Translations under genes and position numbers: made by a program
From: Octopus vulgaris
Lineage: Eukaryota
Reading direction: 5' to 3'
Assembly: GCA_951406725.2 (NCBI GenBank)
Contig: OX597816.1
Coordinates: 134,354,001 to 134,418,000, forward strand
Length of the DNA stretch: 64,000 bases
Notes under the pieces: model-generated
Database searches by the model: none
What the model saw: only the letters and a program-made list of their open reading frames with translations
Told to the model about the DNA's origin: nothing
Shown here: one piece after another, positions 14,410-29,100 of the stretch
Layout: every line of letters starts with the position of its first letter
Numbering within the stretch: the stretch's first letter is position 1

Positions 14410-17400
14410 GATATAGTGTATATTTAAACACATAAGGAATCCACTTATAGGGATTATACATGCTAGACAGAACAGCTAGGTTCTATAACCACAAAACCCT
14501 AGCTGTTATTTCTAGCATGTAGAATCCCTATAAGTGGATTCCTTATGTGTTTAAATATACACTATATCGTATGACTAATATATAGTCTTTTTGACTAAAT
14601 TGTTTTACACGTTAGACCACTGGAAATGTAAATTTTAATTAATTTCCATTTCCCTTCGATATGATTAAATACTATATATATATATATATACTGTAAGGAT
14701 TTTAGTAAAATGAATATTGAAGCCAAGATAGAAAATTGTATTTTGAAAAGACAATATTTTGAAATTTATAAGGCAGTGAGCTGGGAAAAATGTTAGAACG
14801 CCGGGCAAAATGCTTAGCAGTATTTCGTCTGTCTTTACGTTCTGAGTTCAAATTCCACTGAGATCAACATTGCCTTTCATCTTTTCAGGGTCGATAAATT
14901 AAGTACCAGTTGCATACTGGGGTCAGACTTATAGACAAGCCCCCTCCCCAAAAATTTTGTGCCTTGTGCCTAGAGTAGAAAAGAATAGAAAATAATATTT
15001 TGAGATTTGTTTAAAACACTAATCTATGAACAATGCTAATTATAACAATTTTATCTTCTCATTGCAGATATCTTCCCAAAGTTTTGAATCTAGCTATTTT
15101 AGATTATGACAATATAAAACCTGCTGAATTCAGTTTCTCATCTAATTATTCCATTTGTCAGGTGAGATGTTCTCGTGTGTGTGTTTGTTTATGTACATAT
15201 ATTATTTGTTTGTTAGTGTTTGTATGAAACTGAGAATTCCACTGTTTTGGGGAGGATGGACTGGGAGTGATTAGTACAACATTTAGAGGAGAATAGAATG
15301 GAGGTGGCAAGAGAAGGGATTAGGGAGTCAGTAGCAGAGGTGGAATGAGACAAACCAGCTCTGAGAAGCAAAAGGCACTGTAGTAGTACTAGAAAAGGCA
15401 GAGAGGCCAAAAGTTGGATTGTATTAGCAAGTGACTCAGTTGGCCATTTTTGGATGTGGTCCAGGATATTTATGTGCATAACAGCAGCACCAGTCCAGAT
15501 GTAGGAACAATACTCCATTTTGTATTTTAACCATCTTTGTAGAAATTTAACAATTTGTTGCAGGCACATATTTTATGACCTTGAAAAGAAAGTCAGTAAG
15601 AAAATCAGTCTTTTCTATGTCAAGGCTATACATTCAGCAGGAGATTGTGCACTAACCCTTTAACATTCAGACAACTCTGTCAAATGTAATGCTTATTTAT
15701 TCACATTGGTTTCAATTAATCATGCATTATCTCCTAGTTTCAAGATTTTGAATAGCGTTGTAAAATAGGTGTGAGAAGCCAGTTTGAACATAAAACAAGT
15801 AGAATATTTGGGCCAGATATGGCCAGTTTAAATGCTAAAGTGTTAACCTCAGTGACTGTGAACTCTCACATTTGTTGTCATCATCATCATCATCATCATC
15901 GTTTAACGTCCGTTCTCCATGCTAGCATGGGTTGGACGGTTCGACCGGGGTTCTGGGAAGCCAGAAGGCTGCACCAGGCTCCAGTCTAATCTGGCAATGT
16001 TTCTACAGCTGGATGCCCTTCCTAACGCCAACCACTCCGTGAGTGTAGTGGGTGCTTTTTACGTGCCACCTGCACAGGTGCCAGGCGAGGCTGGCAACGG
16101 CCACGGTCAGATTGGTGTATTTTATGTGCCACCGGCACGGAAGCCAGTCGAGGCGGTGCTGGCATCGGCCACGAGTCGGATAGTGCTTTTTACGTACCAC
16201 CAGACCAGGGATCCTGGCTGGTTCAATTCGATTTCGATTTCGATTTCGCTTGCCCCAACATGTCTTCACAAGCAAAGGGGGTTGGCATGGGTTCCTGTCG
16301 TACGGTCGCATTGGAGTATTTTACGTGCCACGGCCACGAGTCGGATAGTGCTTTTTACGTACCACCAGGCCAGGGATCCTGGCTGGTTCAATTCGGTTTC
16401 GATTTCGATTTCGCTTGCCCCAACATGTCTTCGCAAGCATGGGGGGTTGGCATGGGTGTCTGTCGTCGGATGAGGTTCTATATCGACTTCGCTTGCCTCA
16501 ACAGGTCTTTGTGTCCAAGGGAGGAAAGGCATTCATAAGTGGGCTGGGCTCACTTGTCCTGCCTGGTCTTCTCACGTACAGAATATTTCCAAAGGTCTCG
16601 GTCGCTGGTCATTTCCTCAGTGAGGCCTAAAGTTCGAAGGTCGTGCTTCACCACCTCGTCCCAGGTTTTCCTGGGTCTACCTCTTCCATGGGTTCCCTCA
16701 ACTGCTAGGGATTGGCACTTTCTCACACACCTATCTTCATCCATTCTCGCCACATGACCATACCAGCGCAATCGTCTCTCTTGCACACCACAACTGATGC
16801 TTCTTAGGTACAACATTTCTCTCAAGGTGCTAACGCTCTGTCGAGTATGTACACTGACATTACACATCCATCGGAGCATACTGGCTTCATTCCTCACGAG
16901 CTTACGCATGTCCTCAGCAGTCACGGCCCATGTTTCGCTGCCATGTAGCATGGCTGTTCGTACACACGCATCATACAGTCTGCCTTTTACTCTGAGCGAG
17001 AGGCCTTTAGTCACCAGCAGAGGTAGGAGCTCCCTAAACTTTGCCCAGGCTATTCTTATTCTAGCAGTTACACTTTCAGCGCACCCACCCCCACTACTGA
17101 CTTGGTCACCTAGATAACGGAAGCTATCAACTACTTCTAGTTTTTCCCCCTGGAAAGTGACGGAAGTTGTTTTCTGCAGATTTTCGGAGGTTAATGCTCC
17201 CGAGCATCTGCCACATACAAAAACTATCTTCCCAGTTAGCCTACCTTTGACATTGCTGCACCTCTTATGTGTCCATAGCTTACACTGGGTACATTTTATA
17301 GAGTTTCTACCTACACCTTTTCTATAGATCGAGCAGGGCCATCTTCCTGAAGACATTTGTGGATTGTCTACCTTCCTACTTATTAGTACTTTGGTTTTAG

Positions 17401-20400
17401 CTAGGTTGACTCTAAGGCCCCTTGATTCTAAACCCTCCTTCCACACCTGGGACTTCTCCTCCAGTTCTGATAGTGACTCAGCAATAAGAGCAAGGTCGTC
17501 AGCGTAGAGGAGCTCCCAGGGACAGCCTGTCTTGAATTCCTCCGTAATTGCCTGGAGTACTATGATAAATAGGAGGGGGCTGAGTACTGAACCCTGGTGG
17601 ACCCCAACCTCTACTTTGAATTCTTCTGTGTACATGTTGCCAACCCTAACCTTACTTACGGCATCTCTGTACATGGCTTGCACAGCCCTCACCAGCCATT
17701 CATCTATCCCTAGTTTCCTCATTGACCACCAGATAAGGGATCGGGGGACCCTATCAAAAGCTTTCTCCATGTCAACGAAAGCCAGGTACAGGGGCTTATC
17801 TTTGGCTAGGTATTTCTCCTGCAGCTGCCTTACCAAAAATTCTCAGTGAGTGCAGTTTATATTTAAGGAGGATGTGCTAATGTTTTCTTGATACATTCAA
17901 AGATTGTGTTTTAGTCACTAAAGAACAAGAAAAGAAGATTGATGACTTGATTCGTAGACTTTCAAGGTAGTGTTTAACCCTTTAGCGTTTCAACCAGATA
18001 TATCTAGTCTAAATATTCTATCTGTCTTTTGGTGAAACTGACCCAATTTGGCCTCTCATACCTATTTAACAATTTAATTTAACAATCATCATCATCATCA
18101 TCATCGTTTAACATCCACTTTCCATGCTAGCATGGGTTGGACGATTTGACTGAGGACTGGTGAACCAGATGTCTGCACCAGGCTCCAATCTTGATCTGGC
18201 AGAGTTTTTACAGCTGGATGCCTTTCCTAATGCCAACCACTCCAAGAGTGTAGTGGGTGCTTTTATGTGCCACCGGCACGAGGGCCAGTCAGATGGTACT
18301 GGCAACGGCCACGCTCAAATGGTGTTTTTTTTTTATGTGCCACCTGCACAGGAGCCAGTCCAGCAGCTGGCAACGACCTCACTCAAATTTTTTTTCACGT
18401 GCCACCTGCACAAGTGCCAGTAGGGTGAAGCTGGTAACAATCACACTCAAATGGTGCTTTTTACGTGCCGTAATTCTAAAAATAAGCAATCACAACATCA
18501 AAATCTCAATGCTACGAGATGTATGATTAATTTAAAACAATTTGAATAAATAAGCATTATATTTGACAAAGTAATCTGAATGCTACAGGGTTAAAGTGAT
18601 GGCCTTTCAGAGATTACAGTGATGGGAAAAAGCCTCCCTGGTTTTAGGAGTGGATGACTTTCTCCTGGCATTGTAGGCTGTATTCTTTGCCTGAACTGCT
18701 GCAGTGCAGTATCAAGTGAATCTCTTAAAGGATTTTTGGACTCTGAGTTTTGGTCTCCCACCTTGCTGTTGCTGATGACTTGGTGGTGAAGCCAAGGATA
18801 GTTAACAAAGAACAGGTGGAGCTTTGCTATATGATGTTTTGGTACAGCTAATTTGGTTCTGCCTGCTTGGTGTTACAGATTTAACTCTCAACTGATTGAA
18901 TCTCAGATATTTTGTCCCACAAGACCTTTACGTGCCTCGAAAATTTCTGTTATGTGAAGAGAGATAACTTCATTTTAACTATTCCAGTTGATTAAATTCT
19001 TTCTCTCATACACTCTATTTCTCTCTCTTTCTTACACACACACACATGCACGCACTATATGTGTATGTGTTTTTTCTTTATGCTTATGTGAAGAGGAGAT
19101 GCATTTGTAACAGTTTTTCTTGCTCTTTCTCTCTCTTTTTCTCTCTCTCTCTTTCTCTGCTTATGTGTGTGGGCATATTTCTCTGTTTGTGTATCTGTGT
19201 TTTTTTCTTTAATGTGTATGTGAAGAGAGGCCATGTTTGTAGCAGCTGAGATCATTTAATATTTCTCTCATTTTCTTGCTCTCTGTGCTTAGGTGTACGG
19301 GCATATTCCTTTATTTGTGTATATGTGTATGTGTTTTATTTCTATTTGCATATGTGAGAAGGGGCAGCTCTACCAAAAAGTACTGGTACCATAAAAGCCA
19401 TTTCCAAAATGGGCACAGTATTCAGTCAACTGTGCCAAATCACTTGTGTCCAAATGGCTGTGTCCTGCTGTTCAATTCCATGGAGTTTGTCTAATCAACT
19501 GACTTGAGTTCCCTAAGTCCAGGAAACGAACGCATTGTATAGTAGGTGATGTGTGGCGGGTTATCATGATAAGGTAGCAATATCTAGCACCTGCACATCT
19601 AAACGAAAGAACATATCAACACACAGACATGTCGATTAAAAAATTACTTGGATAAATACTAGAGCCAGCATTACTGTTACTACCAGAGCCTCAAATTGAA
19701 ATGCTGCAAACTGGTGGATTAAGGAGGCAATCCTCATCCAATCCACTATCAATAGCAAACAGGACTTGTACAAATCACATTGGCTAAACTAGCCACTCTC
19801 ACTGGTTCTTCCCATACAACACAAAATACAAATGTACTCCCTTTGCACTTCACACAGGCATGGCTTCTTCTTGACTTACTCTTTGACTAAGGTCATTTCT
19901 AGCTGAAATAATCAAGATACTTAAATGTCTTATTCTTATTTGTATTCTTATTTGTAATTTATTCTCAGCTGCTTCGCCATGGCTTTCTAAAATTTATATA
20001 TCAATGTATACGTTTTTATTAGCTACTAACTACTGAAGGATTAAAGAAAATGCAGCTGGTTTTAAAGTGTCAGCTTTGTCATCAGAATGCTATGATTGCT
20101 TCGATTCTGCAAGTTTCCAATTGTAACAATTTATCTTCCATTCAGGAAATTGAGTGAGTAATTCATTCTTCTCACTGCCATATCTCAAACACTTCTTCAA
20201 CTTCTAATATTTTTTTACAGTACTTTTCACATTCCCATATATGTTACTTTTAAAGAAAAAATGGATCAATTTGGCAATTTTCTATACTCCAAGAGACCGA
20301 CATTTATTTGTGTAAATATATAGAAAAAATGTGGAATCCACATGCTGTAGCAAAAACAACCAGTCTAGGAGAACAGTAAAACTAAGTAGAAACTTATTCA

Positions 20401-23035
20401 GGATAGAAATGGTGTTTTAGGCCTACCACACAGATAACCTTTTTAAAGCCAATGGCATGAGAAAATGCACCCAATCTATGTTGTAAAGTGGTTGGGATTC
20501 AGCCATAAACCCTATACCAAAAGATGCACATGACAGGCACAAAAACAAGGATTGGGCCTTTTTTTCAGTTGCGTTTTGTGTTATATGATGATGCTATATA
20601 TCTTATATCAGGAATAATTGCATTGGCTACAGTGAAATTTCTGTTGGTAGCTCATAAAGAAAACTATTCCAGTAATACTTTAAGACGTACAAAGCAAGTA
20701 AAAACTTTTACTGTCTGAAAATATCATTGACTAAAGTCATGTTGCCTACAAAAATGTATGATGTCTACAATTCCTGTGCCCTTTTTCAGTGATACTTCTA
20801 AATAGCTATGTATTTTACTTGTACTGAGAAAAATTCTTAATATATTTTTACACAAAGGGTAGTTTGTGTGTATGACCCGATGTACCTCATTTTAAAGATT
20901 GAACCAATTGGATCATGTTTATATTTTTCTGATGCCCATCGTTCCTTTTACTGTTTTGATCTATTATCACAATGTGTTAGTTTTAATATATATCCAAATC
21001 AAACTATTCTTCAAGTTTACATAGTTGTGTCTTCCAATTATCTATCTTTTATCTTTTACTTGTTTCAGTCATTATTCTGTGGTCATGCTGGGGCACTGCC
21101 TTGAAGAATTTTAGTCAAACAAATCAATCCCAGTACTTTTTTTTTTAAGCCTTGTAATCTATTGGTTTCTTTCCCTGAATTGCTAAGTTACAGGGATTAC
21201 CAGTTGTCAAGCAGCGGTAGGAGATAAACACAGACATAAAAGTGTGTGCACATACACACACTCACACATATTTATATATGTATATACTAGCAGTAATACC
21301 CGTCGTTGATTGGGTAATTACTTTTACAGCTTCTCGGACCGAGAAGCTAGGAAAATGGTTATATCATAGAGAAGAATAGCTTTACAGAATCCAGATGACT
21401 GCAATGGCACTAAAAAGGCTACAGTTTAAGTGGAACATCATTGTTCATATAGAAAAAGCATTGCATGTCGTGTGTTTCTTTGGTGTTCGTTTTTTGACGG
21501 TCTTTTTTTAATACAAATTTTTTTTGATTAGGAATATCAGTAAGTAATAGTGAAATGAAATTACTAATGCTGTGTCAGTGCACAATTAGTGTTGTACCAT
21601 TGCATAGTTTTTGTTGATACAAATTAGGTAATTGCATGATAGAAAATTTAGAAAAAGCATAGTACATCATGCATTTGTTTGGTGTTTGACAGTCTATTTT
21701 TAGTAGACATTTTTTGGATTAGGAATATCAATAAGTAATAGTGAAATGAAATTACAAATGCTGTGTCCTGTCAGTGTTATTTCTGAAATTCCAATGCTAT
21801 ATTACAGGAATGGAAGGCAAGGCAACAGTAAGTAATAGTCCAATGAAATTATGAATGCTGTGTCCTGTTAGTCATATTTAAGTTTACTCGTCTTGTATGT
21901 GTGTATTATATAAGAAAAAATATGTAATAATTGGAGTAGAAAAAAGATGGATTTCATCTACAAACTTCTGTTTGTTGTTCAAGTTGCAATCCAGCAACTT
22001 TTAGTGTTTGGTCCTGACTTTTATTAATGCTCATGGCAAAAGAAAGTGGGATAGGAAACTGTAAGGGGTTAAATTTGAATGGGACATTAGATGGTATAAC
22101 TGGTATGTGAGGAAAGAAGACAGTGTTACGTTTACCACAACCAGTGAGAATATTTGCCTCAATGCAGTTTGTCATAGGTTTGTGCACAATTAGTGTTGCC
22201 ACCCCTTGAACCATTTACTTTCACTTTATGGGACAAACAAACACACAAACGGACAGAATCTCTCTTTTATATACATATAGATATATAAAATATGTACAAT
22301 GGGCTTCTTTCAATTTCCATCAACTAAATCCACTTACATGTCTTTGATCAGTCCAAGGCTACAGTAGAAAACTTGCCCTAGGTACAATGCAGTGGGACTG
22401 AACCCAGAGCCATGTGGTTGGGAAGCAAACTTCTTACCATGTAGTCATACCTGCACCTATGTATATATAGGATTTCTGATTTCTAATTATTTTAAATTTA
22501 AACATGTTTAAGACATGAAAATTGGATGAAAGGAATTCTGCTTTCTATCACACATGTAGCTATTGGTATTGATATTGATGGCTTTATTATGGCTATTTCA
22601 TGATATATAGCAGTTCTAATGTTACAGATACTCTGGCTTCTGAGAAGGAATAGTTTTGATATACCTCTGATTCTTATATTGCAAGTGTTTATGTTAGAGT
22701 CATAGTTTAGTAAATGTTTCATCTCAAAGACATTGAAAGAACATAGTAATGAAAGGTTTTGTGATTACTGATAATGAAATTGTTGATGGATCTAGTAGAG
22801 ATTATAGTTGTTTTTTTATGGTTTTTTTTCTTCAGAATCTACACTGATGTCATAGATATAGATTCTGAATCAATTGTCTATTGTAATTTTATAATCCTAC
22901 AAAAACCAATTCTACAAAACCAATATCTGCCCAAGTTTAGTTAAATAGTTAAGCAACAAAATTTTGCTTCAAAACTTTGTATGACCTTTTAAATATCATA
23001 ATTTATCTAATTCTTACATACTTTATATCTATATC

Positions 23036-23103
<68 letters not shown>

Positions 23104-26100
23104 GATAAGACACAGCACACACAACACACACACTAGATAAGACACAACACACACAAATGAAAGAGAAAATAAAAAAAGAATATTATAGACAAGTTAGATC
23201 AATACTAAAAACAGAGCTCAATGCTAAAAACAAGATAATAGGTATCAACACTTTAGCTGTCCCAGTTATAAGTTACAGCTACAATATCCTTAACTGGACA
23301 CGAAATGAACTGACCAAAATAGATAGGAAAACAAGAAAAATAATGACAGGATCTAGGATGCATCTGACATAGAAAGACTATATATACAACGTATAGAAGG
23401 TGGTAGAGGCCTTATACAGCTGGAAAACTACTATAAAATAACCACCATAGGACTGCAAAAATATCTACTTCAGAAGGAAGGAAAACTGATCCAGATAGCA
23501 GCAAAACACGAGCAAAACAAAAAACTGTTCTCAGTATTTAAGGAAGCTGACAAATACAAACAAGAAATCATACCACCTAATAAACATGAAGAAGAAGAAG
23601 AAGAAGAAGATGAAGAAACAACAAAAGCTATAAAACAAATGAAATCCAAACTAAAAGTAGAACAGCAATGAACCATGATAAAACGATGGCAAGAAAAGCC
23701 CCTTCATGGTAAATACTGGACTAAACTAAATGCAAAAGAAATAGACAAAGAAAAATCCCAGCAATGGTTGAGAAGCTCAGGACTCAAAGCAGAAACAGAG
23801 GGATTTTTAATTGCAGCACAAGACCAAAGCCTCCCCACCAGAAATTACCAAAAACATGTAATGAAAAGAAATATTACAAGTAACTGCAGAATATGTGGAG
23901 ATGGACAAGAAACAATAAATCATATTATCTCTAGCTGCCCAGTCCTGGCTAAGAAGGAATATATTCACAGACATGACAGAGTTGGAACCTACATACATTG
24001 GAAGCTATGCCAACATTATGGAATAACAACAGAAAAAAGATGGTATAGGCACACACCAGAAAAGGTCACAGAAAACGAGAAAGCAACCATACTCTGGGAT
24101 ATGCCGATACATACAGATAGAGAAATTAAGGCCAACAGACCAGATATAGTTGTCAGAGATCATGAAGAAAAAAATGCTTTCTAATTGATGTATCAATACC
24201 GGCAGATGACAACGTGTCTCTAAAAGAAATGGAGAAACTCTCAAAATACAAAGACCTGGAAATAGAGGTAACTAGAATGTGGAATCTGAAAACAGAAACA
24301 ATTCCTATCATAGTAGGTGCATTAGGCATGATAAAAAAATATTCAGACAAATACATAACAAAAACACCAGGACTTACAAACACATATAACATACAGAAAA
24401 TTGCACTACTAGGCACTGCACACATCCTACGCAGAACACTTTCCATACAATAACCATCAGAGCATCACAACAAATCACAGCACATACCCAAGGCACACAG
24501 AGCTGCGCTCGGTAGTGAAGTGAAAGCACGCTATAAAAATAAAACTACTGAATAATAATAATGAAATTATTGTATACAGTGCTCAGGTGCACTACAGCTT
24601 GTCAAAAGTGTGTATGACACATATGCAGTAATATACAAATGTCTGGAAAATGAACAGTGTATGAGTCAGATATAGGCTTGCATGTGTATAGAGGGGAGAA
24701 AATCAGGTGTAGTGTTGGCGAATCTCAGGAAGCATGGAAGTTTTGAAGGATGCAGTGCTCCGACAACTAACAACTGATGCCGGCAGTCTGTTCCATACTT
24801 CAGTAACCCTTAACATGAAAAAATGTTTCCAAAAGTCATGGGAGCTGTGCTGTTTTCTGACTTTGTAAACATGTCCATGAGTCAAGTTTCAAAAGGTGCT
24901 CAGAGTTATTGTTAGTAAGATGGTTAATAATTTTATGGGTGTCTGTCAAGTCAGTTGCCAGATGTCAGAGTTTCAATGTATCCATGCCCAGGGAAGTAAG
25001 GCATTCAGAATATGGCAGATGCCTGATGGAGGGTATTCTCTTGGTTGCACATCACTGAACAGTTACCACATGATTAATATCCTGGGCAAGATAGGGGTTC
25101 CAGACAGTGATGCAAATTCCAGGTGAGGCCACACCATAGCTATATGTAGCCTCAAATAGATAGCCAGAGAGTGGCTCACAAAGGACTTGGTAAGTGATGC
25201 CAAGACACCTTCAGCCTTCTTGGCAATTTTAGCAATGTGTTTTGTCCAACGCAAATTGCTATCGACAATGTACACTTTATATAACAGTTTCAGTTACAAT
25301 TAAAGCAAACAAAATTTTCAGCATTTTATTCCTATAGTATACATATTTTCATTAACCATGTTTAGAAGACAAACTACATTAAGAATATATTTTTTTGTAT
25401 TTTCCCTTTGCTTCAGTTGTATCTAAATTATATGTTCTATTCATGTATAATCATATTTGTCAATTTGTCATGTATTATTGTATTATTACATTGTAACTTA
25501 CTGTACTATTCCCTTAGTCAAAAGAATCAAGTGCAACCCAATGAGAAGACTTGTAAATTGAGTGAATCCAAAGCTAGTGTTACTCCTCAGAAAACTGTCT
25601 TTTCTGAATCATTTGTCTCTGTCCAGTTTATCAAGGTAACATTTTTTTTTTTTGCCCTATTGTTTTGTACATGTCTATTGTTTTAGAAATCTTGTCAAAA
25701 ACCTTTTTAAAAATTGAGGAAAGCCAACAAATATTAGTTTTGAAAACTTCTGTCTTGGAAAAAAAGTTTTCTTTAATCATTTTTTAAAACACGAAAGCTT
25801 TTTTTATTATTTTGGATATTGGATCATTGATGAAGTATTTTCTCTTATATTTTGAGTCTCAGATTCCACAGTCTTTGACAAATTTCTTCACTTTTCTTCA
25901 CCCAGTTGTTATCTACATTCAACCACAACCATATTTTGTTTGGATTATTATTCTATGACAATTTTGATAAAAAAACTTATTTAAGAGGCAGTTATTAAAG
26001 AATATTAAAAGGATGCTTTGAGTTTTACCAACTTATATATTTTTGATTATTACAATAAAATTGGATATATTTTATATTATATAGTTAGTATGATTTTGAA

Positions 26101-29100
26101 ATATAGAAATTATTATCATTTTAGAAGTTAGTGTTTGTCCTCTATTAGTATATAAACTAAGTTCCTCCAATTTTCTAGTCATTTCTCTAATTACATGTGC
26201 ATATTGTGTTTCTTCATTACATATTAATAATGACTTTATAAAGTTTGAGAGCTTGTCTGTAAATCCAGTAATAAATGGCATCTTCACCAATCCACATCTT
26301 TAAACAAGAAGTTTTTGATGTTTCTGTTTTGATTCTATATCTTCTGTATTTTGAGTATATAACAATAAGAATTAAGCATAAATCACTATTAGAAAGTATA
26401 TTTATGGCAAAGTATAAATATTAATTAAAATTAATGTTGTGGCTGTTTTTATTACCATTTATGAATAACTAAGTAGTTGAATCTAAAACTACAAACTATT
26501 GTTACTGACAAAATTTTCTAATAACCTTTCTCAAGCTATACAATATTTTCTCTATGTAATTTCATATGCTTTGAAGATTCTAAATGTACAGACAATTCTT
26601 GAGTTGGTTTCAGTTTTTCATGTTATCCATTCTATTTCTGTTGCATTTATTTTAAAGCTCTACTCACTCACCAATATATCACTTTTGCGATTTTTTTGCT
26701 TCTTTTCTGCTTGTTAGACTGCATTTCGAGACATTATGCTGAATAAGTATACCAAGAAAATAGAATCAACGCCTCATTTCAGTGGATCAAGGGAATATAA
26801 TAAATTTAAACAGTTTGTATTTTTAATTTCTTGACTCAAAGTTTAATTTTTTGCTTACTTTTATTATTTCATGATTGTATATTTCCAATATTAACAGTCA
26901 ATAAACTAGAATACTAAGTAACTTGAGCAATGTAAGCTGCTTTCCTTCAAGGCAAAAATCTTTTTTCTATATTCTATAGAAGAATCACAATTACTCAAGT
27001 TGATGGCATCAAACTATAGACCAAAAAGTTAATAGTTTGCATTATGCCACAGGTGCTGCATTCTTTCTCATGGCTAAGATATTTAACTTACTGATCAATC
27101 TAGCTTATTATAAAAGTGGGTAACTTTATAATTAAGGTTTTATCTGAGGATTGTTCTAAGTTAACATTTTCCTATGGTTCTGGAGAAGTCAGTGTCATTT
27201 TCAAATAAAAGACCCCAGTTGTTTGATGGCTGATATGTAACTCTCCATTAGGAGAGTTACATATCCTTAGGAATGGTCCTTCTTGACAAATGGTGATGTC
27301 TCCTCATCTTTCTCATTTATAACTTCTCTTATGACTGATAAGGCTAATCACGAAGTCACAATGATGAAGAAACCTGTGTCAAGAACTTCTGGGAAATGAA
27401 GAAGATACATCAGCTCCAACCACCTGTACTTAGCCTTCAAGCAAATGTCCCAAAGAAAAGCAGAATGTCCAGGGTGCTAGGTGTCATGCCAGTAGCAGTA
27501 AGCTGTCAGTTCCTTCATATATGCCACTGTCTTGAAGTCATTATTTCATATCAAATTAGGTCTTCAAACCAGCCCACTTGACCCACTGTCAGCTAGGTAC
27601 AAATAAGTTCACTACTTAAAACATAGAATACAAGGATTCAGAACAAAGACTGCAAAATATTTTGTCCAACACTTTCACGTTTCCTTCAATCCACTACACC
27701 AGACTCTGGTACTTTATGTTATCAGTGCTGAAAGGAGGAAAGATGGAGTTGACTTTAGTGGTATTTGAATTCAAAATACAATGAGTTAGAACAAATCCAC
27801 CAACAACTGATTATCTACAAGGGATTCTACAATGGTGACATTCTTCAGAAAATATATAATGTGATTTTAGAATAGACTGTCTTTTCAAGACTGACACATC
27901 AGTCTCTCTATTCTTGAAAAGAGAGCCTATTCTAAAATTCACAATTTGAACAAACATAGGTTTATGATGGGATGAAGTGGAAAGGAAGTTTCAGAGAGCT
28001 TCAGTAATGGAGAGGGAGTTCTAGGAAAACTATTTTGTTGGAATCTGAGATTTGGTTCATGGTTAGAATGACAAAAGAATGAAAGAAAAGTGTGTCAGGT
28101 GGAGCCTGTTTAGAAGAGATTTGCAGCTAACTTTATCAGAAATGCAGTGGTTATTGTAGTCATAGTGATGCAGAGGGAAGAAATTACAAATCTGTAAATA
28201 AGTGATTGTAATGTTTTGGTGAGTAACCTTTTCAATTATTTGAATGGTTTTCTTGTTGATGAAATCTAGATTTTTCATGTACGTAACTACAACACTGTTC
28301 AAGATTTGGCAGCAGTACTCCTGTGTGGTAACACTTGATCTTTGTTGATAGACAGCAACTGATCAGGATAAAGTATTTTCTGGTTCTGACGGAAAGCCTA
28401 GTTTATGTGATCTAGTTTTGGCAGTGAGATTGCAATGAGAGATCATCATAATTTGTGAAGACAGGAATGTTTATAGTGACTTAAAGGATTTTGTGTATGT
28501 GTTCTTGTGTAAAGAATGTTATACAAGATTGTTTTTTTGACATGTGTAGTAATTGTGTCTTTGTGTTGTTGGGGGAAATTAAGTTGTAACTCTATTGAAG
28601 AATGTTTTTGTGGTATATATTTATAAAGGACATTGATGTGGAATGCTAAGTGTATAGTTTATGAATAGATGATTCATGTGTGTAGAAAGTAAATGGAAGA
28701 ATGGGATATTAGAATGACAAAAAAATCATTAATGTCTAAAAGAGAAAGCAATGGAAGTAACCCAATATACAAGAGTCAGTAGATTATGGTTTGGAAGAGC
28801 ACTGTAAGCAGATAGCACAATGGTGTAGTTGTACAGGAAATTATCAATCCAAGAGTGGAGAGGCACTTGGAATTTATAGGCAAGCAAGACAGTTGTGTAA
28901 TGGAAAGGAAAACATGAGCAAATAGATGGAAAATTATGGAGAGCAGACAGAAGGAGAGATTGAAAGGGAGAGAGAGAGAGAGAAGGCTTAATGAGAGACT
29001 GAATTGGAGGTGACTTCTTTGGCCAAACAGGCATTTTCATTGCCTTATCCTATAGACTATAGTACACAAGTTACCTATTTTCAAAAATTTATTTATGACA

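Noticed and set aside
16040-16470. Regularly recurring short repeats suggestive of a CRISPR array
   Set aside because: Eukaryotic LINE 3' UTR; the spacers are related to each other, the repeats are degenerate and there are no cas genes.
15919-16538. 184-aa ORF with an internal duplication and overlapping ORFs
   Set aside because: Antisense reading of the tandem-repeated RTE 3' UTR.
8165-17840. Idea that the two RTE halves are one element split by insertions
   Set aside because: On the minus strand the 3' half precedes the 5' half, they overlap in RT sequence, differ in divergence and are separated by host exons.
22836-22890. Strong polypyrimidine/AG acceptor (similar case at 60675)
   Set aside because: No good phase-compatible donor, and the flanking exons already join in frame.
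27850-29040. Possible very old LINE remnant on the minus strand (also 31160-31400)
   Set aside because: Only faint RT-like residues; too degraded to assign without a profile search.
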